A stretch of 64,000 nt of DNA. Origin: Amphiscolops sp. MND2022 (taxonomy: Eukaryota). The stretch lies in contig OZ076409.1 of NCBI GenBank assembly GCA_964187785.1, positions 48,858,001 to 48,922,000 of the forward strand, read 5' to 3'. The position numbers and the translations under genes were made by a program. Each line of letters opens with the position of its first letter. Position 1 is the stretch's first letter. Positions 25,123 to 40,100 of this stretch are shown here, piece by piece. The notes under the pieces were generated by a model that ran no database searches, had not been told where the DNA came from, and saw only the letters and a program-made list of their open reading frames with translations.

Positions 25123-28100
25123 GATAATTGCCGTGTTGTAAATGAAAAAACTCAAATTGAAACCGAAAATGACAAAAACCCTACCATTTTCCAAATTTCA
25201 AAGCTTTTTTATAAGTTTTTTCCAAATTTTTGACAGACTTAATGGATTGGAACATTGAAAAGGGTCAACAAGGAAAAAACGTGTTGTCCAGTAGGCTTTT
25301 CCGAAGAGTTTATTTTAGTTTCCGTTTTGAAATGTCCTAAATTATCAACGAAAATGACAAAAACCCAAAAAGTTTCTAATTTTCAAAGTTTTTAAGAATT
25401 TTTGTTAAAGTTTCGACAGTCTTCTTGGATTGAAATGTTTTACAGGGTCAACAAAACACAATTTGTTGTCTAGTAGTCTTTAATGAAGAGATAGTTGCAA
25501 AATTCCGAATGAAAATGTCTCAAATTGAGACCAAAAATGACAAAAACCCAAAATTTTCCGATTTTCAAAGTTTTTACGCATTTTTTGATGAAGTTCCGAC
25601 AGTCTTCTTGTTTTGAAATGTTTGATAATGTCAAAAAGAAACAGTTTGTTGTCCAGTAGTCTTTAATGAAGAAAAAGTTGCAATGTCATGAATGAAAATG
25701 TCTCAAATTGACACCGAAATAATATCTCAAAATTTTCGAATTTCTTAGGATTTTATGCAGTTTTCTCTAAAATTTCGATGAATTTTATGGATTGGAACAT
25801 TGAAAAGGGTCAACAAGGAAAGAATGTGTTGTTCAGAAGGTTTCTTTGGAACAGTTTTTTGCTGTTTTTCTTGTGACAATGTCTCAAATTGACACCGAAA
25901 ATGACAAAAAACCCAAAAATCTCCAATTTTCAAAGGTTTTATGCATTTTTTGATAAAATTTCGACAGTCTTCGTGGATTCGAAAGTTTTAAGAGGTCAGA
26001 AGGAAACATTTCGTTGTCCAGTAGGCTCCTTTGAAGAGATAATTGCCGTGTTGTAAATGAAAAAATCTCAAATTGAGACCGAAAATGACAAAAACCCTAC
26101 CATTTTCCAAATTTCAAAGATTTTATGCAGTTTTTTTTCCAAATTTTTGACGGACCTAATGGATTGGAACGTTGAAAAGGGTCAACAAGGAAAAAACGTG
26201 TTGTCCACTAGGCTTTTCCGAAGAGTTTTGTTTAGTTTCCGTTTTGAAATTGTCTTAAATTATCAACGAAAATGACAAAAACCCAAAAAGTTTCTAATTT
26301 TCAAAGTTTTCAAGCATTTTTATTAAACTTTTGAAAGTCTTCTTGGATTGAATTGTTTTACAGGGTCAACAAAAAACAATTTGTTGTCCAGTAGTCTTTA
26401 ATGAAGAGATAGTGGCAAAATTCGAATGAAAATGTTTCAAATTGACACCGAAAATGACAAAAAACCTAAAATTTCCCAATTTTCAAAGATTTTATCCCTT
26501 TTTTGTTGAAGTTTCGACAGCCTTCTTGGATTGAACTGTTTTAAAGGATCAAAAAGAAACAAATCGTTGTCCAGTAGTCTTTAATGAAGAGATAGTTGCA
26601 ATGTTTTGATTGAAAATGTCTCAAATTGACACCGAAATAAACAAAATCTCAAAATTTTCGAATTGCTAAAGATTTTATACAGTTTTTTCTAAAATTTCGA
26701 TAGATTTAATGGATTGAAACGTTAAAAAGAGTCAACAAGGCACATATGTGTTGTCCAGTAGGCTTTTCGGAACAGTTTTTTGTTGTTTTTTTTTTAGTGA
26801 CAATGTCTCAAATTGACACCGAAAATGACAAAAAACCCAAAACTCTCCAATTTTCAAAATTTTTATGCATTTTTTGATAAAGTTTCGACAGTCTTCCTGG
26901 ATTCGAAAGTTTTAAAGGGTCAGAAAGAAACGTTTCGTTGACCGGTAGGTTTTTTCGAAGAGATAATTGCCGTTTTGTAAATGAAAAAATCTCAAAATGA
27001 CACCGAAAATGACAAAAACCCCACCATTTTCCAAATTTCAAAGATTTTATGCATTTTTTTCCCAAAATTTTGACAGTTTTTTGCTGTTTTTTTAGTGACA
27101 ATGTCTCAAATTGACACCGAAAATGACAAAAAACACAAAACTCTCCAATTTTCAAAGTTTTTATACATTTTTTGATAAAGTTTCGACAGTCTTCGTGGAT
27201 TCGAAAGTTTCAAAGAGTCAAAAAGAAACATTTCGTTGTCCAGAAGGCTCCTTCGAAGAGATAATTGCCGTGTTGTAAATGAAAAAAACTCAAATTGAAA
27301 CCGAAAATGACAAAAACCCTACCATTTTCCAAATTTCAAAGCTTTTTTTATAATTTTTTTCCAAATTTTTGACAGACTTAACGGATTGGAACATTGAAAA
27401 GGGTCAACAAGGAAAAAACTTGTTGTCCAGTAGGCTTTTCCAAAGAGTTTATTTTAGTTTCCGTTTTGAAATGTCCTAAATTATCAACGAAAATGACAAA
27501 AACCCAAAAAGTTTCTAATTTTCAAAGTTTTTAAGCATTTTTGTTAAAGTTTCGACAGTCTTCTTGGATTGAAATGTTTTACAGGGTCAACAAAAAAACA
27601 ATTTGTTGTCTAGTGGTCTTTAATGAAGAGATAGTGGCAAAATTCGAATGAAAATGTTTCAAATTGACACCGAAAATGACAAAAACCCAAAATTTTCCGA
27701 TTTTCAAAGTTTTTACGCATTTTTTGATAAAGTACCGACAGTCTTCTTGTTTTGAAATGTTTGATAATGTCAAAAAGAAACATTTTGTTGTCCAGTAGTC
27801 TTTAATGAAGAAAAAGTTGCAATGTCATGAATGAAAATGTCTCAAATTCAGACCGAAATAATATCTCAAAATTTTCGAATTTCTTAGGATTTTATGCAGT
27901 TTTCTCTAAAATTTCGATGAATTTTATGGATTGGAACATTGAAACGGGTCAACAAGGAAAAAATGTGTTGTCCAGAAGGCTGTTTGTAACAGTTTTTTGC
28001 TGTTTTTCTAGTGACAATGTCTCAAATTGACACCGAAAATGACAAAAAACCCAAAACTCCAATTTTCAAAGTTTTTATGCATTTTTTGATAAAATTTCGA

Positions 28101-31100
28101 CAGTCTTCGTGGATTCGAAAGTTTTAAGAGATCAGAAAGAAACATTTCGTTGTCCAGTAGGCTCCTTTGAAGAGATAATTGCCGTGTTGTATATGAAAAA
28201 ATCTCAAATTGAGACCGAAAATGACAAAAACCCTACCATTTTCCAAATTTCAAAGATTTTATGCAGTTTTTTTCCAAATTTTCGACGGACCTAATGGATT
28301 GGAACGTTGAAAAGGGTCAACAAGGAAAAAACGTGTTGTCCAGTAGGCTTTTCCGAAGAGTTTTGTTTAGTTTCCGTTTTGAAAATGTCTTAAATTATCA
28401 ACGAAAGTGACAAAAACCCAAAAAGTTTCTAATTTTCAAAGTTTTTAAGCATTTTTATTAAACTTTCGAAAGTCTTCTTGGATTGAAATGTTTTACAGGG
28501 TCAACAAAAAAACACAATTTGTTGTCCAGTAGTCTTTAATGAAGAGATAGTGGCAAAATTCGAATGAAAATATTTCAAATTGACACCGAAAATGACAAAA
28601 ACCCAAAATTTTCCGATTTTCAAAGTTTTTACGCATTTTTTGATAAAGTTCCGACAGTCTTCTTGTTTTGAAATAATTGATAGGGTCAAAAAGAAACAAT
28701 TTGTTGTCCAGTACTCTTTAATGAAGAAAAAGTTGCAATGTTTTGATTGAAAATGTCTCAAATTGACACCGAAATGAACGAAATCTCAAAATTTTCGAAT
28801 TTCTAAGGATTTTATGCAGTTTTTTCGAAAATTTCGATAGATTTTACGGATTGGAACGTTGAAAAGGGTCAACAAGGCACGAATGTGTTGTCCAGTAGGC
28901 TTTTCGGAACAGTTTTTTGCTGTTTTTTTAGTGACAATGTCTCAAATTGACACCGAAAATGACAAAAACCCAAAACTCTCCAATTTTCAAAGTTTTTATA
29001 CATTTTTTGATAAAGTTTCGACAGTCTTCGTGGATTTGAAAGTTTCAAAGGGTCAAAAAGAAACATTTCGTTGTCCAGTAGGCTCCTTCGAAGAGATAAT
29101 TGCCGTGTTGTAAATGAAAAAAACTCAAATTGAAACCGAAAATGACAAAAACCCTACCATTTTCCAAATTTCAAAGCTTTTTTATAAGTTTTTTCCAAAT
29201 GTTTGACAGACTTAATGGATTGGAACATTGAAAAGGGTCAACAAGGAAAAAACGTGTTGTCCAGTAGGCTTTTCCGAAGAGTTTATTTTAGTTTCCGTTT
29301 TGAAATGTCCTAAATTATCAACGAAAATGACAAAAACCCAAAAAGTTTCTAATTTTCAAAGTTTTTAAGCATTTTTGTTAAAGTTTCGACAGTCTTCTTG
29401 GATTGAAATGTTTTACAGGGTCAACAAAAAAAACAATTTGTTGTCTAGTAGTCTTTAATGAAGAGATAGTTGCAAAATTCCGAATGAAAATGTCTCAAAT
29501 TGAGACCAAAAATGACAAAAACCCAAAATTTTCCGATTTTCAAAGTTTTTACGCATTTTTTGATGAAGTTCCGACAGTCTTCTTGTTTTGAAATGTTTGA
29601 TAATGTCAAAAAGAAACAGTTTGATGTCCAGTAGTCTTTAATGAAGAAAAAGTTGCAATGTCATGAATGAAAATGTCTCAAATTGACACCGAAATAATAT
29701 CTCAAAATTTTCGAATTTCTTAGGATTTTATGCAGTTTCCTCTAAAATTTCGATGAATTTTATGGATTGGAACATTGAAAAGGGTCAACAAGGAAAGAAT
29801 GTGTTGTTCAGAAGGCTCTTTGGAACAGTTTTTTGCTGTTTTTCTTGTGACAATGTCTCAAATTGACACCGAAAATGACAAAAAACCCAAAAATCTCCAA
29901 TTTTCAAAGGTTTTATGCATTTTTTGATAAAATTTCGACAGTCTTCGTGGATTCGAAAGTTTTAAGAGGTCAGAAGGAAACATTTCGTTGTCCAGTAGGC
30001 TCCTTTGAAGAGATAATTGCCGTGTTGTAAATGAAAAAATCTCAAGTTGAGACCGAAAATGACAAAAACCCTACCATTTTCCAAATTTCAAAGATTTTAT
30101 GCAGTTTTTTTCTAAATTTTCGACGGACCTAATGGATTGGAACGTTGAAAAGGGTCAACAAGGAAAAAACGTGTTGTCCACTAGGCTTTTCCAAAGAGTT
30201 TTGTTTAGTTTACGTTTTGAAATTGTCTTAAATTATCAACGAAAATGACAAAAACCCAAAAAGTTTCTAATTTTCAAAGTTTTCAAGCATTTTTATTAAA
30301 CTTTCGAAAGTCTTCTTGGATTGAAATGTTTTACAGGGTCAACAAAAAAACAATTGGTTGTCCAGTAGTCTTTAATGAAGAGATAGTGGCAAAATTCGAA
30401 TGAAAATGTTTCAAATTGACACCGAAAATGACAAAAACCTAAAATTTCCCAATTTTCAAAGATTCCATCAATTTTTTGTTGAAGTTTCGACAGTCTTCTT
30501 GGATTGAACTGTTTTTAAAGGATAATGACACCGAAAATGACAAAAACCCTACCATTTTCCAAATTTCAAAGCATTTATGCATTTTTTTCCAAATTTTTGA
30601 CAGACTTAATGGATTGGAACGTTGAAAAGGGTCAACAAGGAAAAAACGTGTTGTCCAGTAGGCTTTTTTGAAGAGTTTATTTTAGTTTCCGTTTTGAAAA
30701 TGTCTTAAATTGTCAACGAAAATGACAAAAACCCAAAAGTTTCAAATTTTCAAAATTTTTAAGCATTTTTGTTAAAGTTTCGACAGTCTTCTTGGATTGA
30801 AATGTTTTACAGTGTCAACAAAAAACAAATTGTTGTCCAGTAGACTTTAATGAAGAGATAGTGGCAAAATTCGAATGAAAATGTTTCAAATTGACACCGA
30901 AAATGACAAAAAACCTAAAATTTCCCAATTTTCAAAGATTTTATCCCTTTTTTGTTGAAGTTTCGACAGCCTTCTTAGATTGAACTGTTTTAAAGAATCA
31001 AAAAGAAACAACTCGTTGTCCAGTAGTCTTTAATGAAGAGATAGTTGCAATGTTTTGATTGAAAATGTCTCAAATTGACACCGAAATAAACAAAATCTCA

Positions 31101-34100
31101 AAATTTTCGAATTGCTAAAGATTTTATACAGTTTTTTCTAAAATTTCGATAGATTTAATGGATTGGAACGTTAAAAAGAGTCAACAAGGCACGAATGTGT
31201 TGTCCAGTAGGCTTTTCGGAACAGTTTTTTGCTGTTTTTTTTAGTGACAATGTCTCAAATTGACACCGAAAATGACAAAAAACCCAAAACTCTCCAATTT
31301 TCAAAGTTTTTATACATTTTTTGATAAAGTTTCGACAGTCTTCCTGGATTCGAAAGTTTTAAAGGGTCAGAAAGAAACGTTTCGTTGTCCGGTAGGTTTT
31401 TTCGAAGAGATAATTGCCGTTTTGTAAATTAAAAAATCTCAAAATGACACCGAAAATGACAAAAACCCCACCATTTTCCAAATTTCAAAGATTTTATGCA
31501 TTTTTTTTCCAAAATTTTGACAGACTTAATGGATTAGAACATTGAAAAGGGTCAACAAGGAAAAAACGTGTTGTCCAGTAGGCTTTTCCGAAGAGTTTAT
31601 TTTGAGGTTCCGTTTTGAAAATGTCTTAAATTATCAACAAAATGACAAAAACCCAAAAAGTTTCTAATTTTCAAAGTTTTTGAGCATTTTTGTTGAAGTT
31701 TCGACAGTCTTCTTAGATTGAACTGTTTTAAAGTGTCAAAAAGAAACAATTCGTTGTCCAGTAGTCTTTAATGAAGAGATAGTTGTAATGTTTTGATTGA
31801 AAATGTTTCAAATTGACACCGAAAATGACAAAAATCACGAAATTTTCCAAATTCCAAAGATTTTAAACAGTTTTTTTTCCACAATTACAACATTATTTCA
31901 GGATTCGAACATTGAAAAGTGTCAACAAGGAAAAAATTTGTTGTCCAGTAGGCTTTTTTGAACAGTTTATTGCAGTTTTTTAGTGACAATGTCTCAAATT
32001 GACACCGACAATAACAAAAAACCCAAAACTCAAATTTTCGAAGTTTTTATGCATTTTTTGATAAAATTTCGACAGTCTTCTTGGATTCGAAAGCTTTAAA
32101 GGGTCAAAAAGAAACATTCCGTTGTCCAGTAGGCTCCTTCGAAAAGATAATTGCCTTGTTGTCAATGAAAAAATCTCAAATTGAGACCGAAAATGACAAA
32201 AACCCTACCATTTTCCAAAATTCAAAGCTTTTTTATAATTTTTTTCCAAATTTTTGACAGACTTAATGGATTGGAACATTGAAAAGGGTCAACAAGGAAA
32301 AAACGTATTGTCCAGTAGGCTTTTCCAAAGAGTTTATTTTAGTTTCCGTTTTGAAAATGTCTTAAATTATCAACGAAAATGACAAAAATCCAAAAAGTTC
32401 CTAATTTTCAAAGTTTTTAAGCATTTTTGTTAAAGTTTCGAAAGTCTTCATGGATTGAAATGTTTTACAGGGTCAACAAAAAAACAATTTGTTGTCCAGT
32501 AGTCTTTAATGAAGAGATAGTGGCAAAATTCGAATGAAAATGTTTCAAATTGACACCGAAAATGACAAAAAACCTAAAATTTCCCAATTTTCAAAGATTT
32601 TATCCCTTTTTTGTTGAAGTTTCGACAGCCTTCTTAGATTGAACTGTTTTAAAGGATCAAAAAGAAACAACTCGTTGTCCAGTAGTCTTTAATGAAGAGA
32701 TAGTTGCAATGTTTTGATTGAAAATGTCTCAAATTGACACCGAAATGAACGAAATCTCAAAATTCTTGAATTGCTAAAGTTTTCATGCAGTTTTTTCTAA
32801 CATTTCGATAGATTTTATGGATTGGAACGTTAAAAAGGTTCAACAAGGCACAAATGTGTTGTCCAGTAGGCTTGTCGGAACAGTTTTTTGTTGTTTTTTT
32901 AGTGACAATGTCTCAAATTGACACCGAAAATGACAAAAAACCCAAAACTCTCCAATTTTCAAAGTTTTTATGCATTTTTTGATAAAGTTTCGACAGTCTT
33001 CTTGCATTCGAAAATTTTAAAGTGTCAGAAAGAAACATTTCGTTGTCCCGTAGGCTTTTTCGAAGAGATAATTGCCGTTTTGTAAGTGAAAAAATCTAAA
33101 AATGACACCGAAAATGACAAAAACCCTCCCATTTTCCAAATTTCAAAGATTTTATGCATTTTTTCCAAATTTTCGACAAACTTAATGGATTGGAACGTTG
33201 AAAAGGGTCAACCAAGAAAGAACGTGTTGTCCAGTAGGCTTTTTTGAAGAGTTTATTTCAGTTTCCGTTTTGAAAATGTCTTAAATTATCAACGAAAATG
33301 ACAAAAACCCAAAAGTTTCAAATTTTCAAAGTTTTAAAGCATTTTTGTCAAAGTTTCGACAGTCTTCTTGGATTGAAATGTTTTAAAGGGTCAACAAAAA
33401 ACAAATTGTTGTCCAGTAGTCTTTAATGAAGAGATAGTGGCAAAATTCGAATGAAAATGTTTCAAATTGACACCGAAATTGACAAAAAACCTTAAATTTC
33501 CCAATTTTCAAAGATTTCCTCCATTTTTTGTTGAAGTTTCGACAGTCTTCTTAGATTGAACTGTTTTAAAGGATCAAAAAGAAACAATTCGTTGTCCAGA
33601 AGTCTTTGTTGAAGAGATAGTTGCATTGTTTTGATTGAAAATGTCTCAAATTAACACCGAAATGAACAAAATCTCAAAACATTCGAATTTAAAGGATTTT
33701 ATGCAGTTTTTTTCTAAAATTTCGATAAATTTTATGAATTGGAACGTAGAAAAGGGTCAACAAGGCACGAATGTGTTGTCCAGTAGGCTTTTCGGAACAG
33801 TTTTTTGCTGTTTTTTTTAGTGACAATGCCTCAAATTGACACCGAAAATGACAAAAAACCCAAAACTCTCCAATTTTCAATGTTTTTATGTATTTTTTGA
33901 TAAACTTTCGACAGTCTTCGTGGATTCGAAAGTTTTAAAAGGCCAAAAAGAAACTTTTCGTTGTCCAGTAGGCTCTTCGAAGAGATAATTGCCGTGTTGT
34001 AAATGCAAAAATCTCAAATTGAGACCGAAAATGACAAAAACCCTCCCATTTTCCAAATTTCAAAGTTTTTATGCATTTTTTCCAAATTTTCGACAGACTT

Positions 34101-37100
34101 AATGGATTGGAACGTTGAAAAGGATCAACAAAGAAAGAACGTCTTGTCCAGTAGGCTTTTTTGAAGAGTTTATTTTAGTTTCCGTTTTGAAAATGTCTTA
34201 AATTGTCAACGAAAATGACAAAATACCAAAAGTTTCAAATTTTCAATGTTTTTAAGCATTTTTGTTAAAGTTTCGACAAACTTCTTGGATTGAAATGTTT
34301 CACAGTGTCAACAAAAAACAAATTGTTGTCCAGTAGTCTTTAATGAAGAGATAGTGGCAAAATTCGAATGAAAATGTTTCAAATTGACACCGAAAATGAC
34401 AAGAAACCTAAAATTTCCCACTTTTCAAAGATTTCATCCAGTTTTTGTTGAAGTTTCGACAGTCTTCTTAGATTGAACTGTTTTAAAGGATCAAAAAGAA
34501 ACAATTCGTTGTCCAGATGACTTTATTGAAGAGATAGTTGCATTGTTTTGATTGAAAATGTCTCAAACTGACACCGAAATGAACAAAATCTAAAAACATT
34601 CGAATTTCTAAGGCTTTTATGCAGTTTTTTCTAAAATTTCGATAGATTTTATGGATTGGAACGTAGAAAAGGGTCAACAAGGCACATATGTGTTGTCCAG
34701 TAGGCTTTTCGGAACAGTTTTTTTGCTGTTTTTTTGGTGACAATGTCTCAAATTGACACCGAAAGTGACAAAAAAACCAAAACTCTCCAATTTTCAATGT
34801 TTTTATGCATTTTTTGATAAACTTTCGACAGTCTTCGTGGATTCGAAAGTTTTAAAGTGTCAAAAAGAAACTGTTCGTTGTCCAGTAGGCTCCTTCGAAG
34901 AGATAATTGCCGTGTTGTAAATGCAAAAATCTCAAATTGAGACCGAAAATGACAAAAACCCTCCCATTTTCCAAATTTCAAAGTTTTTATGCATTTTTTC
35001 CAAATTTTCAACAGACTTAAAGGATTGGAACGTTGAAAAGGGTCAACAAAGAAAGAACGTGTTGTCCAGTAGGCTTTTTTGAAGAGTTTATTTTAGTTTT
35101 CGTTTTGAAAATGTCTTAAATTGTCAACGAAAATGACAAAAACCCAAAAGTTTCAAATTTTCAAAGTTTTTAAGCATTTTTGTTAAAGTTTCGACAGTCT
35201 TCTTGGATTGAAATGTTTTACCGTGTCAAAAAAATAAAGTGTTGTCCAGTAGTCTTTAATGAAGAGATAGTGGCAAAATTCGAATGAAAATGTTTCAAAT
35301 TGACACCGAAAATGACAAGAAACCTAAAATTTCCCACTTTTCAAAGATTTCATCAATTTTTTGTTGAAGTTTCGACAGTCTTCTTGGATTGAACTGTTTT
35401 AAAGAATCAAAAAGAAACAATTTGTTGTCCAGAAGTCTTTATTGAAGAGATAGTTGCATTGTTTTGATTGAAAATGTCTCAAATTGACTTCGAAATGAAC
35501 AAAATCTAAAAACATTCGAATTTCTAAGGATTTTATGCAGTTTTTTCTAAAATTTCGATAGATTTTATGGATTGGAACGTAGAAAAGTTTCAACAAGGCA
35601 CAAATGTGTTGTCCAGTAGGCTTTTTGGAACAGTTTTTTGTTGTTTTTTTAGTGACAATGTCTCAAATTGACACCAAAAATGACAAAAAACCCAAAACTC
35701 TCAAATTTTCAAAGTTTTTATGCATTTTTTGATAAAGTTTCGACAGTCTTCTTGGATTCAAAAGTTTTAAGGGGTCAGAAAGAAACACTTTGTTGTCCGG
35801 TAGGCTTTTTCGAAGAGATAATTGCCGTTTTGTAAATGAAAAAATCTCAAAATGACACCGAAAATGACAAAAACCCTACCATTTTCCAAATTTCAAAGCA
35901 TTTATGCATTTTTTTCCAAATTTTTGACAGACTTAGTGGATTAGAACATTGAAAAGAGTCAACAAGGAAAAAACGTGTTGTCCAGTAGGCTTTTCCGAAG
36001 AGTTTATTTTAGTTTCCGTTTTGAAAATGTCTTAAATTATCAACAAAAATGACAAAAACCCAAAAAGTTTCTGATTTTCAAAGTTTTTGAGCATTTTTGT
36101 TGAAGTTTCGACAGTCTTCTTAGATTGAACTGTTTTAAAGGGTCAAAAAGAAACAATTCGTTGTCCAGTAGTCTTTAATGAAGAGATAGTTGTAATGTTT
36201 TGATTGAAAATGTTTCAAATTGGCACCAAAAATGACAAAAATCACGAAGTTTTCCAAATTCCAAAGATTTTAAACAGTTTTTTTTCCACATTTTCAACAA
36301 ATTTTCAGTATTCGAACATTGAAAAGTGTCAACAAGGAAAAAATTTGTTGTCCAGTAGGCTTTTTTGAAGAGATAATTGCCATTTTGTAACTGAAAAATT
36401 CTCAAAATGACCCCGAAAATGACAAAAACCCTCCCTTTTTCCAAATTTCAAAGATTTTATGCATTTTTTCCAAATTTTCGACAGACTCAATGGATTGGAA
36501 CGTTGAAAAGGGTCAACAAGGAAAAAACGTGTTGTCCAGTAGGCTTTTTTGAAGAGTTTATTTTAGTTTCCGTTTTGAAAATGTGTTAAATTGTCAACGA
36601 AAATGACAAAAACCCAAAAGTTTCAAATTTTCAAAGTTTTTAAGCATTTTTGTTAAAGTTTCGACAGTCTTCTTGGATTGAAATGTTTTACAGTGTCAAC
36701 AAAAAACAAATTGTTGTCCAGTAGACTTTAATGAAGAGATAGTGGCAAAATTCGAATGAAAATGTTTCAAATTGACACCGAAAATGACAAGAAACCTAAA
36801 ATTTCCCACTTTTCAAAGATTTCATCCATTTTTTGTTGAAGTTTCGACAGTCTTCTTAGATTGAACTGTTTTAAAGGATCAAAAAGAAAAAATTTGTTGT
36901 CCAGAAGACTTTATTGAAGAGATAGTTGCATTGTTTTGATTGAAAATGTCTCAAACTGACACCGAAATGAACAAAATCTAAACACATTCGAATTTCTAAG
37001 GCTTTTATGCAGTTTTTTCTAAAATTTCGATAGATTTTATGGATTGGAACGTAGAAAAGGGTCAACAAGGCACAAATGTGTTGTCCAGTAGGCTTTTCGG

Positions 37101-40100
37101 AACAGTTTTTTGCTGTTTTTTTAGTGACAATGTCTCAAATTGACACCGAAAGTGACAAAAAACCCTACCATTTTCCAAATTTCAAAGCATTTATGCATTT
37201 TTTTCCAAATTTTTGACAGACTTAGTGGATTAGAACATTGAAAAGGGTCAACAAGGAAAAAACGTGTTGTCCAGTAGGCTTTTCCGAAGAGTTTATTTTA
37301 GTTTCCGTTTTGAAAATGTCTTAAATTATCAACAAAGATGACAAAAACCCAAAAAGTTTCTGATTTTCAAAGTTTTTGAGCATTTTTGTTGAAGTTTCGA
37401 CAGTCTTCTTAGATTGAACTGTTTTAAAGGGTCAAAAAGAAACAATTCGTTGTCCAGTAGTCTTTAATGAAGAGATAGTTGTAATGTTTTGATTGAAAAT
37501 GTTTCAAATTGACACCAAAAATGACAAAAATCACGAAGTTTTCCAAATTCCAAAGATTTTAAACAGTTTTTTTCCACATTTTCAACAAATTTTCAGGATT
37601 CGAACATTGAAAAGTGTCAACAAGGAAAAAATTTGTTGTCCAGTAGGCTTTTTTGAAGAGATAATTGCCATTTTGTAACTGAAAAATTCTCAAAATGACC
37701 CCGAAAATGACAAAAACCCTCCCTTTTTCCAAATTTCAAAGATTTTATGCATTTTTTCCAAATTTTCGACAGACTCAATGGATTGGAACGTTGAAAAGGG
37801 TCAACAAGGAAAAAACGTGTTGTCCAGTAGGCTTTTTTGAAGAGTTTATTTTAGTTTCCGTTTTGAAAATGTGTTAAATTGTCAACGAAAATGACAAAAA
37901 CCCAAAAGTTTCAAATTTTCAAAGTTTTTAAGCATTTTTGTTAAAGTTTCGACAGTCTTCTTGGATTGAAATGTTTTACAGTGTCAACAAAAAACAAATT
38001 GTTGTCCAGTAGACTTTAATGAAGAGATAGTGGCAAAATTCGAATGAAAATGTTTCAAATTGACACCGAAAATGACAAGAAACCTAAAATTTCCCACTTT
38101 TCAAAGATTTCATCCATTTTTTGTTGAAGTTTCGACAGTCTTCTTAGATTGAACTGTTTTAAAGGATCAAAAAGAAAAAATTTGTTGTCCAGAAGACTTT
38201 ATTGAAGAGATAGTTGCATTGTTTTGATTGAAAATGTCTCAAACTGACACCGAAATGAACAAAATCTAAAAACATTCGAATTTCTAAGGCTTTTATGCAG
38301 TTTTTTCTAAAATTTCGATAGATTTTATGGATTGGAACGTAGAAAAGGGTCAACAAGGCACAAATGTGTTGTCCAGTAGGCTTTTCGGAACAGTTTTTTG
38401 CTGTTTTTTTAGTGACAATGTCTCAAATTGACACCGAAAGTGACAAAAAAACCAAAACTCTCCAATTTTCAATGTTTTTATGCATTTTTTGATAAACTTT
38501 CGACAGTCTTCGTGGATTCGAAAGTTTTAAAGTGTCAAAAAGAAACTTTTCGTTGTCCAGTAGGCTCCTTCGAAGAGATAATTGCCGTGTTGTAAATGCA
38601 AAAATCTCAAATTGAGACCGAAAATGACAAAAACCCTCCCATTTTTTAAATTTCAAAGATTTTATGCATTTTTTCCAAATTTTCAACAGACTTAAAGGAT
38701 TGGAACGTTGAAAAGGGTCAACAAAGAAAGAACGTGTTGTCCAGTAGGCTTTTTTGAAGAGTTTATTTTAGTTTTCGTTTTGAAAATGTCTTAAATTGTC
38801 AACGAAAATGACAAAAACTCAAAAGTTTCAAATTTTCAAAGTTTTTAAGCATTTTTATTGAAGTTTCGACAAACTTCTTGGATTGAAATGTTTTACAGTG
38901 TCAAAAAAACAAAGTGTTGTCCAGTAGTCTTTAATGAAGAGATAGTGGCAAAATTCGAATGAAAATGTTTCAAATTGACACCGAAAATGACAAGAAACCT
39001 AAAATTTCCCACTTTTCAAAGATTTCATCAATTTTTTGTTGAAGTTTCGACAGTCTTCTTGGATTGAACTGTTTTAAAGAATCAAAAAGAAACAATTTGT
39101 TGTCCAGAAGTCTTTATTGAAGAGATAGTTGCATTGTTTTGATTGAAAATGTCTCAAATTGACTTCGAAATGAACAAAATCTAAAAACATTCGAATTTCT
39201 AAGGATTTTATGCAGATTTTTCTAAAATTTCGATAGATTTTATGGATTGGAACGTAGAAAAGTGTCAACAAGGCACAAATGTGTTGTCCAGTAGGCTTTT
39301 TGGAACAGTTTTTTGCTGTTTTTTTAGTGACAATGTCTCAAATTGACACCAAAAATGACAAAAAACCCAAAACTCTCAAATTTTCAAAGTTTTTATGAAT
39401 TTTTTGATAAAGTTTCGACAGTCTTCTTGGATTCGAAAGTTTTAAGGGGTCAGAAAGAAACACTTTGTTGTCTGGTAGGCTTTTTCGAAGAGATAATTGC
39501 CGTTTTGTAAATGAAAAAATCTCAAAATGACACCGAATATGACAAAAACCCTACCATTTTCCAAATTTCAAAGCATTTATGCATTTTTTTCCAAATTTTT
39601 GACAGACTTAGTGGATTAGAACATTGAAAAGGGTCAACAAGGAAAAAACGTGTTGTCCAGTAGGCTTTTCCGAAGAGTTTATTTTAGTTTCCGTTTTGAA
39701 AATGTCTTAAATTATCAACAAAAATGACAAAAACCCAAAAAGTTTCTGATTTTCAAAGTTTTTGAGCATTTTTGTTGAAGTTTCGACAGTCTTCTTAGAT
39801 TGAACTGTTTTAAAGGGTCAAAAAGAAACAATTCGTTGTCCAGTAGTCTTTAATGAAGAGATAGTTGTAATGTTTTGATTGAAAATGTTTCAAATTGACA
39901 CCAAAAGTGACAAAAATCACGAAATTTTCCAAATTCCAAAGATTTTAAACAGTTTTTTTCCACATTTTCAACAAATTTTCAGGATTCGAACATTGGAAAG
40001 TGTCAACAAGGAAAAAATTTGTTGTCCAGTAGGCTTTTTTGAAGAGATAATTGCCATTTTGTAACTGAAAAAATATCAAATTGACACCGAAAATGACAAA

